A DNA stretch of 64,000 nt from positions 290,392 to 354,391 of the forward strand of contig NW_013657653.1 in NCBI RefSeq assembly GCF_000142905.1, given 5' to 3'. The position numbers and the translations under genes were made by a program. The notes beneath the pieces were generated by a model, which did no database searches, was not told where the DNA came from, and worked only from the letters and a program-made list of their open reading frames with translations. The DNA is from Thecamonas trahens ATCC 50062. Lineage: Eukaryota > Protista > Apusomonadida. Of this stretch, positions 9,621 through 19,461 are shown one piece after another; position 1 is the stretch's first letter; each line of letters begins with the position of its first letter.

Positions 9621-12600
9621 ATGGCTGAAGGATACCTGGACATGTCATCAGACGTCGACTCGCTGACGTCGCCCGTGAGGGGAGGTGGAGGTGGTGAGCT
9701 CGACGCAGCTGCGTTCTCGCGCAAGCCGCGCATTCCGCGGACGCCGCCGGCAGCAGCATCGCCACCACCCGGCGACCGGATTGGCAACTCGCCCGAGTAC
9801 AGCTTTGCTTATCACGAGGAGCTGATTGACTCGCCGCTGGCGCCGTCGTCGGCGGCATGGGCGTCGGCGCGGGCCCGGCTCCAGCACGAGCTGCAAGTCG
9901 ACCAGAAGGAGGTCCTGGCGTCGTTCACCAACGCCACGGCACCGATTCCGGCTGTGCCGGACTCGCCGTCAGCGCTCATCACCTCATTCTCGTCGGCGCA
10001 GGATGACGAGCTGCTGGACTCGGTATTTGAGGAGAACGCAGCGTATACGCCGGTCAAGTCGTCGGTGTATGCCGGGCCGTCGGTGGCTGGCTCGCCGCAT
10101 GGCGGCGCGGCTGTCGGCCACCCCGATGACGATGACGACGAAACCGACGAGGCAGACAACCTCGTGGTGCAGTCGTCGGCGCGAAGGACTCACGCTGCCG
10201 ACCAAGATGACGACGACGACGAGGAGGAGGAGTACGACGGGGACTCGGGCCACATCGGCAACGGCGGGGCAGACTCGACCTCATTTGACGACGCCGGCTC
10301 GTACTCGGCCTCGCCGCCGTTGCCAACCACGGCGCCACCGGTCCGCGGCGGGCCATACCGGGTTGTTGACGGCGAGGACGAGGACGACGAGGACATCTCG
10401 GACGAGTTTGTCATCGACGACAACAAGGACGTCGAGGCCGAGCTAGGCTCGCCGCCGCGCGGGCCGCGGACTATCGACAGCCACGGGAACGTTGCGACGG
10501 GCACCTTTTTGCCGTCGCGCGAGCTGTCGCGGACGCCGGCACGGGTCACACCACGCGGCTCGGAAGCCGCGGGCATGACACTCCTCGAACACGCGGCAAT
10601 GCTGCAGCATACGCAGGCCGAGCCGTCCTCCGTCGAGCGGCACCATGACTTTGCCGACCATGATCACGATCCGCAGTTTGACGCCAGGCCAGGAGCGAGC
10701 AGCCCACCGGCTCGCGGTGGACAGACGGCCGTCCCCCGCCTCCCGCCGTCGCCGGACACCCCACTGGGAAACGACCAGCCGCCGCGGCTTGGTGCCGGAG
10801 TTGGCGCAGCGAATACGTCCGTGTCGGCCGGCGAGGACGAGCTCCCGTTTCAGTCGCAGTTTTATGTCCCAACACCTACCACCGGCGGTGTCCTCCACGA
10901 GGATCGCAAGTCGCTCTCGCTCAGCCCGGCGCGGCGACCCGAGGCACATCGCGCACTCCCGCCGCATGTGGCAGACCGCAGCAGTGGACACGCCGGCCGT
11001 GGAGTCGCGGCACCCGAGCCTCGTTCGCGGAAGCGGACCCGAAGCTCGCGCTCAGGCCGTGGGCGGCGGGCTGACGGTGGCGTCTCGCACTTTTCGTCTG
11101 GCGACGTCGACGGTGGCGGCAGCTCTTACTCGTACTCGCTCGGCGACGGGTACTACTCTTACGACGACGGCGATGAGTACCGATACCCGAGTGGCGGGCG
11201 GAGCGGACGGCATGGTTACCGCCACGGGCACCACAGTCGGTCGCGACGCGACGGGCGCTCGCACCGTGGGAGGCGATCGCGTCCGGGCCGGCAGCGCCGC
11301 AGCGGCCGCGGCCATGGTGGCCAGGCTGCGCCCATGGTCATGCCATTGATGATGGCACCACCGGGGTACTATCCGGGCCAGCAGCCGTACCCCGGCCAGC
11401 AGCCGTACCCCGGCCAGCAGCCGTACCCCGGCCAGCCCTGGTACGGCGGGCAGGGCCAACCGCAGCACCAGCCACCGTCGCATCCTCGCCAGCCGCCGCA
11501 GCAGCACCAGCAGCAGCAGCACCAGCAGCACCGCCACCACCAGCAGCAGCAAGCCCCGCAAGAGGCACCCCCTCCTCGCCGCGGTCCGCCACAGCACATG
11601 CCAGCTGGCCAGGGACAGCAGCTGCCGTTTCGGTTTCTGCAACAGCAGGATCTACAGTCACTGCGCGAGCAGGCAGACTCTGTCACGCCAGAGCATCCGC
11701 TGGCAGCGGCGCAGGCGCAGGCACAGGCGCGGATGCAGTGCCCGGGCCCGGATGGCCCGCCAACGCAGGGTAGCGGGCTCGCGCGCGGTGGCTCGCCAGT
11801 GCAAGGTGGTGGGCCCGCCCGCGGCGGACCTCCGCCCGGGCCACCGAGCGGCGACATGGTCCCGCGGGCGCAGTTTGAGCGCATGCGCGACTCGCTTGAG
11901 CAGCGGCTGCAAGAAGTGACCGGCGAGGCGCAGGAGCTGCACAAAGCTCTCGAGTACACGCGGAGCTCGGCCAAGGCCGAGATTGAGCGGCTACGCGGCC
12001 AGCTCGAGGCTGCGGCCGCCGAAATCGACGGGCTCCGGGCGGCGTCAGCGGCCGGCGAGTCGGACCTCGCGGCACAAATGACCGCGGCCACGGCCAAGAT
12101 CCGTGCTCTCAGCGACGAGGTGGCCGCGCTCAAAGCTGGTGAGGCGGCGCTGAAGCAGAAGGCGGCGTCGGCGGGATCGGAGGCCGAAGGTCTGGCGCGG
12201 CAGGTGACGACGTACAAGGAAAAGGTCGAGTCGTTGCAGGATTTGGTGACCCGGCGCGAGGTGGAGAAGGAAGACGCGCTCTTCAAGCTGGGCGAGTCGC
12301 AGACCATGTGCAAGCGGCTGGAGGAGCAGTGCCGATTGCTGGCGACGAACACCGACTCGTCGTCGTCGGCGGTGAAGCGGATGAAGGAGGAGGTGAGCCG
12401 AATGGCGTCTGACCGCGACGCCGCTGCGGCTGACCGCGAGCAAGCGCGTGATGAAGCAGTCGCGCTGCGGGCGCAGATGGAGTCGATGCACGCGCACATG
12501 TCGCGACTGGCAGACCAGGCTGCAGCGGCCGAGCAGAACGCAGCGTCGTATCGCGCAGCTCTGGACGATGCGTCGTCGGGTGGGTCGGCCGCTGCCGCAC

Positions 12601-13685
12601 TCGAGTCCCGGGTACAGGAGCTACTGGAGCAGAACCGCGGTTTGCGGCAGGCGCTCGAGCAGGCTCGTGCCAGCGGTGGCGGGAGCGGACCCGATCCTGG
12701 CATGCTGGCCCAGCTTCGCTCGCTGCAGGAAGAGAACCATGCGCTGCGGCGTGCCGCTAGCGGCCCTGCCGGCGGTGGCAGCGGCAGCATCGGCATGGGC
12801 CGGTCGAGGCCGACGACATCAGCCGGGCCGGGATCGATCATTGGGCCAGCAGCCTATGAGCGTGAGCGTGAGCGGCCGCGCGAGTTGGAGCGTGGGCGGC
12901 CACGGGAGCGTCAGCCTAGGGGCGGAGTGGACGAGGGATGGCGTCCCGGCACTGCGCCGGCGTCGTCGCCTCCGCGGCGTGTGCGGCCAGGCCAGGCGCC
13001 TGTCTCACCGTATCGGTCGACGTCGCCGGTCAGGCCGGACCACTCGTCAGCTGACTTTGGATGGTCGGATCCGGAGACCGGCGATCGGTGGCAGACATCT
13101 TCGATGGCGTCTTTCTCGCCGCCGAAGAAGCAGAGCAGTGGTCGGCCGCACACGATGGATGGCGGTCGCGGAGGTATGCGCTCGATGGTGTTTGGTGATG
13201 ATGAGATCGGGCGGCCGAGGCGGCCTTTCCGCGATGTCGATCACGTCGGCTCGTTGCTGGTTGACCCGCAGACTGCCGAACCGCGTCAGCGCGGGAGGCC
13301 CGAGCGCCGAGCAGTGCCTGAGCGTCGCGAGCCGCCCCCACCACAGCATCCGCAGTACCCCGGCGGAGGAGGCCCCGGGTCGCAGGTTGAGCGACGGCTG
13401 CGGCGGCGCGAGCCGCAGGCACGCGCGCCGCAGCAGATGGAGCCGTACGCGACGGCGGCATCGCTGCAGGCGCGAATGGAGCAGACCGGGCGGATGGAGA
13501 ACCAGCTGATGCAGTTCTCGCTTGAGAAGCAGAGCCTCGAGTCCAAGCTCGCGCGCATCCCGTCACACCCCAAGACGCGCCGCGAGCGCGAGGAGCGATC
13601 GGCGGTGGAGCATAGGCTGGGGCAGGTGGACAAGGCTATTTCGCAGATCCGCTTCTCCCTCCGCGACATGCACGTCATCGAGTGA
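9621..13685 (+). CDS. Large disordered/coiled-coil protein with MPHOSPH9-like C-terminal domain (centriolar candidate)
   Basis: First ATG of the 1394-codon ORF is at 9621. Central coiled coil. C-terminal EKQSLESKLARIP...EHRLGQVDKAISQIRFSLRDMHVI resembles the recalled MPHOSPH9 C-terminus. Confidence 0.65.
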   Translation: MAEGYLDMSSDVDSLTSPVRGGGGGELDAAAFSRKPRIPRTPPAAASPPPGDRIGNSPEYSFAYHEELIDSPLAPSSAAWASARARLQHELQVDQKEVLASFTNATAPIPAVPDSPSALITSFSSAQDDELLDSVFEENAAYTPVKSSVYAGPSVAGSPHGGAAVGHPDDDDDETDEADNLVVQSSARRTHAADQDDDDDEEEEYDGDSGHIGNGGADSTSFDDAGSYSASPPLPTTAPPVRGGPYRVVDGEDEDDEDISDEFVIDDNKDVEAELGSPPRGPRTIDSHGNVATGTFLPSRELSRTPARVTPRGSEAAGMTLLEHAAMLQHTQAEPSSVERHHDFADHDHDPQFDARPGASSPPARGGQTAVPRLPPSPDTPLGNDQPPRLGAGVGAANTSVSAGEDELPFQSQFYVPTPTTGGVLHEDRKSLSLSPARRPEAHRALPPHVADRSSGHAGRGVAAPEPRSRKRTRSSRSGRGRRADGGVSHFSSGDVDGGGSSYSYSLGDGYYSYDDGDEYRYPSGGRSGRHGYRHGHHSRSRRDGRSHRGRRSRPGRQRRSGRGHGGQAAPMVMPLMMAPPGYYPGQQPYPGQQPYPGQQPYPGQPWYGGQGQPQHQPPSHPRQPPQQHQQQQHQQHRHHQQQQAPQEAPPPRRGPPQHMPAGQGQQLPFRFLQQQDLQSLREQADSVTPEHPLAAAQAQAQARMQCPGPDGPPTQGSGLARGGSPVQGGGPARGGPPPGPPSGDMVPRAQFERMRDSLEQRLQEVTGEAQELHKALEYTRSSAKAEIERLRGQLEAAAAEIDGLRAASAAGESDLAAQMTAATAKIRALSDEVAALKAGEAALKQKAASAGSEAEGLARQVTTYKEKVESLQDLVTRREVEKEDALFKLGESQTMCKRLEEQCRLLATNTDSSSSAVKRMKEEVSRMASDRDAAAADREQARDEAVALRAQMESMHAHMSRLADQAAAAEQNAASYRAALDDASSGGSAAAALESRVQELLEQNRGLRQALEQARASGGGSGPDPGMLAQLRSLQEENHALRRAASGPAGGGSGSIGMGRSRPTTSAGPGSIIGPAAYERERERPRELERGRPRERQPRGGVDEGWRPGTAPASSPPRRVRPGQAPVSPYRSTSPVRPDHSSADFGWSDPETGDRWQTSSMASFSPPKKQSSGRPHTMDGGRGGMRSMVFGDDEIGRPRRPFRDVDHVGSLLVDPQTAEPRQRGRPERRAVPERREPPPPQHPQYPGGGGPGSQVERRLRRREPQARAPQQMEPYATAASLQARMEQTGRMENQLMQFSLEKQSLESKLARIPSHPKTRREREERSAVEHRLGQVDKAISQIRFSLRDMHVIE

Positions 13686-13698
13686 AAGAGCTCGTGTT

Positions 13699-14580
13699 TT
13701 ACGCTTCGCACGACTGCCACGGCTGCGAGAGGGCCCACTTGACGTTGGCCATGTAAAAGGCACCGATGGACGAATCTGGCGTAGCGGCGCCCACGGCAAA
13801 CGTTGACGCAGAGGGTGGGAGGCCAGCAAAGGCCGTCGGGTTGAGGTCCAGCGTGAGCGAGGCAGGCGAAAACGAGGCATCGGCCCAGGCCATGGGCATG
13901 GACGAGCAGTAATGCGACGATGAGAGCGGTGAGTTTTGGATGATCAAGCCGTCAAAAGCGGCAGTCCACATCGGCATGTACTTGGCAAACTCGGCGTATG
14001 TGTACGTGACATCGTCGTCGATGGTCATGGAGGCGTTGAGCAGGAGGTCGCTGGGCTGGATCATGGCAGTGGCGGCAAAGATATCGGGAGCACCGCCGGT
14101 GCCGCGAGCCCAGTTGACGTGAGCGAGAGTCTTAGGCATGTGGTAGAACTCGCGACCGCCGATCACCGCCCAGGAGTTGTCGAGGTACAGCTGAGTCGCC
14201 GTTCCGCCGCAAAACGAGGCGTTGGTCTTGAAGCAGGTAAAGGGGATGAGGACGATGAACTCGTAGTACTGCTCGCAGAGGCCTGGAATGATGTCAATCG
14301 GCGTGGTCTTGAGATCCGTCATGTTGTTGAGCATGAGCATAATGGGATAGCTGCCGGCAGGAAAGCCCCACGAGGCGGCACTGGCTTCATCAAGGAACAG
14401 GCTGCTGTCGTAGGCATCAAGCACCGCCACGGCCGCTGGAGTGGGAATGGCAGCCGTCGCCACCACCGACGTTGTCTCGCCCAGAAGGTGCTGGAACGGC
14501 AGCAGACGCGCCTCCGCGAGCGGCACTGCGGTGATGACCAAGGCAATGACAACCAGTGCGATGAGGGGGAGGGTCGGCAT
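13699..14580 (-). CDS. Acetoacetate decarboxylase-like (ADC superfamily) protein with signal peptide
   Basis: YYEFIVLIP and LYLDNSWAVIGGREFYHMPK match the ADC-family GRE..PK Schiff-base Lys motif; hydrophobic N-terminus ending AEA. Confidence 0.65.
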   Translation of the reverse strand: MPTLPLIALVVIALVITAVPLAEARLLPFQHLLGETTSVVATAAIPTPAAVAVLDAYDSSLFLDEASAASWGFPAGSYPIMLMLNNMTDLKTTPIDIIPGLCEQYYEFIVLIPFTCFKTNASFCGGTATQLYLDNSWAVIGGREFYHMPKTLAHVNWARGTGGAPDIFAATAMIQPSDLLLNASMTIDDDVTYTYAEFAKYMPMWTAAFDGLIIQNSPLSSSHYCSSMPMAWADASFSPASLTLDLNPTAFAGLPPSASTFAVGAATPDSSIGAFYMANVKWALSQPWQSCEA

Positions 14581-14694
14581 GGCGTGAAATGGGAGTGCGG
14601 TGGAAGTCCGAGCAGTGTGCGGGGGTTGGCAAATTCCACAAGGCCAGCACGTGCGTGCACGGCAACGGGTTTAGCGGTCGCGGCGAGCCCGCAT

Positions 14695-17277
14695 TCACTG
14701 GCCGAGCGTCGACCGGATCGACGAGTCTAGCGAGGCCAAATACGACTGCAGCTCGGCCTGCGGCGAGTGGCGGGCGCCGGGCTGAGCGGATGACGGTGGC
14801 GGGAGCGGATGCGAGGGGAGGTCGGCAGACGAGGGGCGCGAGGCCGGGCGGGCCTGATGGGCGGTATGCTGCGGGTGCGGCGGCTCGTAGGCGTAGGCTG
14901 CAGCGTACGGCTGGCGCGGGTTGTAGTGGGCAAAGACCGGTGCAAAGGCGGAGGACGGCCGTGGCGGGGCGCGGAGCGGGTCGGGCTCGGCAGCAGCGAG
15001 GGCCTTAAGGACCGAGTCCTGGACCTCTGCATCATAGGTGAGGCGGTCGTTGCGTGACTTGAGCTGGTTGATGTGGGCGGTAAGATTGGCGGCCTCCGAC
15101 TCTGCGCGCGAACGGGCGTCCGACTCGATGTTGAGCCGCGAATGGAGGTCCTCGATAAGGCCCTGCTGCTCGGCGACGACGCGGTTGCGGTCGGCGAGCG
15201 CGCTCTCGTACTGCGAGAGCTTGGCGAGCTGCTGGTAGTCGTCCTGGCGCTTCGCGAGGAGCGCGTCCTTCTCGGCGACGAGCGCGTCGTACTTGCGCTC
15301 GAGCTCGCGATGCTCTGCCGCTGCCGCGCGAGCCTCCGAGTTTGAGGCTTCGACCTCGCGGGCGAGAACTGCGACCTTGTCAGTCAGTTCTGCAGCGCGG
15401 GGCTCAAACGGAGAGAGCCGCTCGACAGTGGTCTCCAGCGTAGCGATGCGGGCGCGGAGATCGGCGACAAGGTCGCGGTGGTCACGATCGTGAGCGGCGA
15501 CGCGGGCCTCGCACTCGGCAGTCTTGGCGGCAATCGAGGCCGAGGCGTTGGAGGCGGCGTCGGAGGCATCGATACGAGCTCGCTCGAGTGCATGTTGGGC
15601 CGAGTCGAGCTGGTTGCGCGCAGTGCGAAGCTCGTCCTCGAGACGCGAGCGCTCGGCGTGGAGCTCGGTGCGCTCGGCAGCAAAGGCTGCGGCTGCAGTG
15701 GCAGCATCCGAGGCAGCGCGTTCGGCGGCGCGGGTAAGCGAGGCGTTGGCGTCCTTGAGCAGCGACTCGAGATGAGACTTTTCAGCAGCCCAGAGCTGGC
15801 GGTCTGAGTCTGCGGCGCGGAGCTTGGCCTCGGCGTCCTTGAGGTTGTTCTCGGCGGTGGCGAAGAGAGCCTTGGCGGCAGCGACGGCGGCGCGCTCGTC
15901 GTCGAGATGGCTCTCGAGCCGGGCGACGGTGGCGTTGGCGTGGTCGAGGTCGCCGCGGAGGCGCGAGACGGTAGCGTCGGCGTTGGAGGCGGCGGCACGG
16001 GCGTTGGTCAGCGCCGCCTTGGTGGACTCGAGCTCGCGATGCGCCGAGTCGAGCTCGCGCTGGGTTGAGGCGAGCTGCGACGAGGTGGTCATAAACTCCG
16101 AGAAGCGAGCCTCGGCCTCGGCGTGCTGCGATTTGAGCATGGCGACTTCTTTGGAGGCAAGCTGGAGCTGGAGCAGCGCGTCCTCGCGAGCGCGAGCTGT
16201 GGTGGCGAGCTCGTCCTTGAGAGCAGCAATGGTCTGTGCGTGCGAGTGGACAGTGGACGAGGCGGTGGAGGCATCGCGGCGGTTGTCATCGGCAGCCTTG
16301 GTCATCTGGTCGAGCTGCGACTGGAGGGCGCGGAGCGATGCCGCGTCCTCAGCGGTGCGAAGAGCAGAGGCCTGTGCCTTGGCGTCTGCGGCGGCAGCGG
16401 CGTTGCGGGCAGCAGTGAGCTCGGTCTCGAGGCGGGAGATGGTCGTGTGGGCCGAGTCGAGGGCAGCAGAAAGGTCCGAGACCCGGGCCGAGGCCGCCGC
16501 CTCGCGGGCAGCCGTGGCAGTCGACGACGCTTTGAGGCTATCGAGCTCGGCCTCGGCAGCCGAGGCGCGGCCCGAAGCTGACGATGCGCTTGCCGACTGG
16601 ACCTCGAGCTGGGCGGTGAGGGTGGCGTTGGCCATAGACAGCTTCTCCTTCTCGGCGCGGAGGGCAGCGAGCTCGGCCATGGCGGCTTCAAGCTCGTCAA
16701 TGAGGGCGGCGCGCGAAGCACGTGAGCGATCGGCCTCCCGCTCGAGCGACTTGGCCATGGCGTCTGACTGCGAAGCGAGCTCTGCGCGAGCGGCGGCCTC
16801 GGCGTTGAACATGGCGCGGAGGTTGTCCCGCTCGGCAGCAGTCTCCTCGACCTGGTTCCGCAGATACAGCAGATGCGCATCGGCCTGGGCCATGGACTGG
16901 CGGAGGGCGTGGATCTCCGAGTGCTGCGAGTGAATGGACGAGGCGACCTTGGCCTTGAGGGCGGCAATCTCGTTCTCCTGGTAGCGGGTGTAGTCGGGCA
17001 TGAGATGGCGCGGGACCGAGCCTGAAGCAGGAGCCTGACCACCCACTCCAGCCCCTGTCACAGCACTTGCATTGTAGTACGGCGGGGCAGGAGCAGCCCG
17101 TGGTGGTGAGGCCGGAGTGTAGCCTGCGTGCGAGCGTGTGGCGTGCGCGTCGGTTGCGGCAGCAGGAGTACCGCTGGTCTGCGGCTGGCCACTGGCTGTC
17201 CGCGGGAAGACATAGCCCGAGCCGTCAGCAAAGTACAGTGCCTGGACAGGCTTGCCCCCGGGCTGTGGGGCGTACAT
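14695..17277 (-). CDS. Long coiled-coil protein (860 aa), possibly with an upstream exon lost in the gap
   Basis: Ala/Glu/Leu heptad-rich ORF. The ATG is immediately preceded by CAG, with ACTCAC ~25 nt upstream, i.e. an acceptor-like context. Confidence 0.75.
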   Translation of the reverse strand: MYAPQPGGKPVQALYFADGSGYVFPRTASGQPQTSGTPAAATDAHATRSHAGYTPASPPRAAPAPPYYNASAVTGAGVGGQAPASGSVPRHLMPDYTRYQENEIAALKAKVASSIHSQHSEIHALRQSMAQADAHLLYLRNQVEETAAERDNLRAMFNAEAAARAELASQSDAMAKSLEREADRSRASRAALIDELEAAMAELAALRAEKEKLSMANATLTAQLEVQSASASSASGRASAAEAELDSLKASSTATAAREAAASARVSDLSAALDSAHTTISRLETELTAARNAAAAADAKAQASALRTAEDAASLRALQSQLDQMTKAADDNRRDASTASSTVHSHAQTIAALKDELATTARAREDALLQLQLASKEVAMLKSQHAEAEARFSEFMTTSSQLASTQRELDSAHRELESTKAALTNARAAASNADATVSRLRGDLDHANATVARLESHLDDERAAVAAAKALFATAENNLKDAEAKLRAADSDRQLWAAEKSHLESLLKDANASLTRAAERAASDAATAAAAFAAERTELHAERSRLEDELRTARNQLDSAQHALERARIDASDAASNASASIAAKTAECEARVAAHDRDHRDLVADLRARIATLETTVERLSPFEPRAAELTDKVAVLAREVEASNSEARAAAAEHRELERKYDALVAEKDALLAKRQDDYQQLAKLSQYESALADRNRVVAEQQGLIEDLHSRLNIESDARSRAESEAANLTAHINQLKSRNDRLTYDAEVQDSVLKALAAAEPDPLRAPPRPSSAFAPVFAHYNPRQPYAAAYAYEPPHPQHTAHQARPASRPSSADLPSHPLPPPSSAQPGARHSPQAELQSYLASLDSSIRSTLGQ

Positions 17278-18027
17278 CTGCCAGTGGGGGTGGGTGGGGT
17301 GGGGTGAGTGAGAGGGGTGGGTTGGGGGGGTTGGCGTTGGAGGAGGGTGGGAGGGGGGTGGGAGGGGGGGGGGGGGTTATGTNNNNNNNNNNNNNNNNNN
17401 NNNNNNNNNNNNNNNNNNNNNNNNNNNNNNNNNNNNNNNNNNNNNNNNNNNNNNNNNNNNNNNNNNNNNNNNNNNNNNNNNNNNNNNNNNNNNNNNNNNN
17501 NNNNNNNNNNNNNNNNNNNNNNNNNNNNNNNNNNNNNNNNNNNNNNNNNNNNNNNNNNNNNNNNNNNNNNNNNNNNNNNNNNNNNNNNNNNNNNNNNNNN
17601 NNNNNNNNNNNNNNNNNNNNNNNNNNNNNNNNNNNNNNNNNNNNNNNNNNNNNNNNNNNNNNNNNNNNNNNNNNNNNNNNNNNNNNNNNNNNNNNNNNNN
17701 NNNNNNNNNNNNNNNNNNNNNNNNNNNNNNNNNNNNNNNNNNNNNNNNNNNNNNNNNNNNNNNNNNNNNNNNNNNNNNNNNNNNNNNNNNNNNNNNNNNN
17801 NNNNNNNNNNNNNNNNNNNNNNNNNNNNNNNNNNNNNNNNNNNNNNNNNNNNNNNNNNNNNNNNNNNNNNNNNNNNNNNNNNNNNNNNNNNNNNNNNNNN
17901 NNNNNNNNNNNNNNNNNNNNNGGGTGGGGGAGGAGAGAGATAGAGAGAGAGAGGAGTGGGAATGGGGATGTGACGGGAGGGGATGAGGGAGGGAGGGGTA
18001 GGGGTATGGATCGGGTGATCGGTCCCG

Positions 18028-18071
18028 TGGTGATGGTGGTGGTGGTGGTGGTGGTGGTGGTGGTGGTGGTG
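18028..18071. repeat. (GGT)n trinucleotide tract in the divergent interval upstream of CLUAP1
   Basis: Direct observation. Confidence 0.9.
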
Positions 18072-18202
18072 ATCGGTCGGGTGGCTGGCTGGTGGTGATG
18101 GCACTGCCTGTTCTGCAGACAGTGGAGCGGTGGCGTGGCGGTGATAGTGAAGGTGAAGGTGGCTACTTATCTCGGCTGGTGCAGATAGGTCAGGGGACAG
18201 AC

Positions 18203-19443
18203 ATGTCATACCGCAATGTTCGAGGTACGTACATGCGCAGGGGGGGGGCAAGTGCCATGCCATGCCATGCCATGGGTGCGGTAAGGGGGGTTTGGCATGG
18301 CAGGGCATGGCATGGTTTTGGCGCCCAACGGGACTCACCACCACCACCACCACCACCGACATGCATGGACACACGTGGGCGTTTGCGGAGCGGAGACGAC
18401 AGACTTTACAGAAATGATGCGCGCGCTCGGGTATCCCGAGGCTATCTCACTGGAGGCCTTCCGCTACCCCAACTTTATTCTGGTGTCGGACGTGCTGGTG
18501 TGGCTGGTGCGGAGGTACGACGCGCACGCACAGATTCCGACAGACATCGAGACCGAGAGCGACCGCGAGCTGTTTCTCACCGCCGTTGTCTCGTTCATGT
18601 ACAAGCAGGCGCGGATCAAGCTCAACCCGCGCAAGCTGTTGATGGCCGACGGCTACGCGGTCAAGGAGCTGCTCAAGCTGGCGTCGCTGCTGTACAAGGC
18701 GTCCAAGGTGGTGGCCAAGGCCGGTGGCGACGCGCTCGCCGCCATCGTCCTCCCCCGCTCCCGCAAGGTATGGCCGATGACGTGCGCAAGACTAGGGCAC
18801 TCGCCTCGGAGCTCACCAAGCTCTCGGCCGAGCTTTTCGACCTGCTGGAGCGTGAGGAAGCGCTCCGCTCGTCGCGCACATCGGCCATCGAGCGCAACCT
18901 CGACATGGACGCGCTCGCCAAGTCCATCCGCGCCGCCGCCGCTGCCGCCAAGCAAAAGACAGACGCCATTCTCGAGCGCTTCAAGTCACTCTCATCCGAC
19001 GAGGAGCACCTGCGCAAGAAGATCTCCAAGAAGGAGGATGAGCTCGCCCGCAAGGGCCAGCGCATGGACGACCTCAAGGGCCAGCGCCCGGCGTACATGG
19101 ACGAGTACGAGCAGCTTGAAACGAGCTCCGCCACCGCTACGAGTTGTACCTCGAGCGCTTCCGCAACCTCTCATATCTCGAGCAGGAGCTCGACAGCTAC
19201 CAGCTCAAGGACGCCGCGCAGTTTGACGAGGCCGCCAAGTCGCTCGAGGCCCTCCGCACCAAGCTCCACCGCGAGGAAGAAGCCCGCATACTCGGGGATG
19301 ACGCTGAGCTCAGCGACGACCATCCGACGGGCTCGCCCTCGCACCCTGCCGCTCAAGTACGCGGCTCGTTTGCCGGCGGCGACGACTCGTCGTCGTCCGG
19401 CGGCTCATCTATCGGCAGCGACGACGAGGACTCTGACTTTTAA
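18203..19443 (+). CDS. CLUAP1: Clusterin-associated protein 1 / IFT38 (qilin), IFT-B subunit; exons 18203-18224 and 18403-19443 with two single-base frameshifts (~18764, ~19120)
   Basis: Splicing (GTACGT...CAG) gives MSYRNVRDFTEMMRALGYP, matching the CLUAP1 N-terminus; ADGYAVKELLK, RPAYMDEYE and YLERFRNLSYLE are spread over three frames. Confidence 0.9.
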
Positions 19444-19461
19444 CTGCCCGCTGTCATAACA

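Noticed and set aside
7658-9787. 709-aa N-terminally extended AAA ORF, and a TRIP13 partner for p31comet
   Set aside because: The extension overlaps the opposite-strand gene and poly-C/G tracts. The motifs are CDC48-class, not Pch2/TRIP13.
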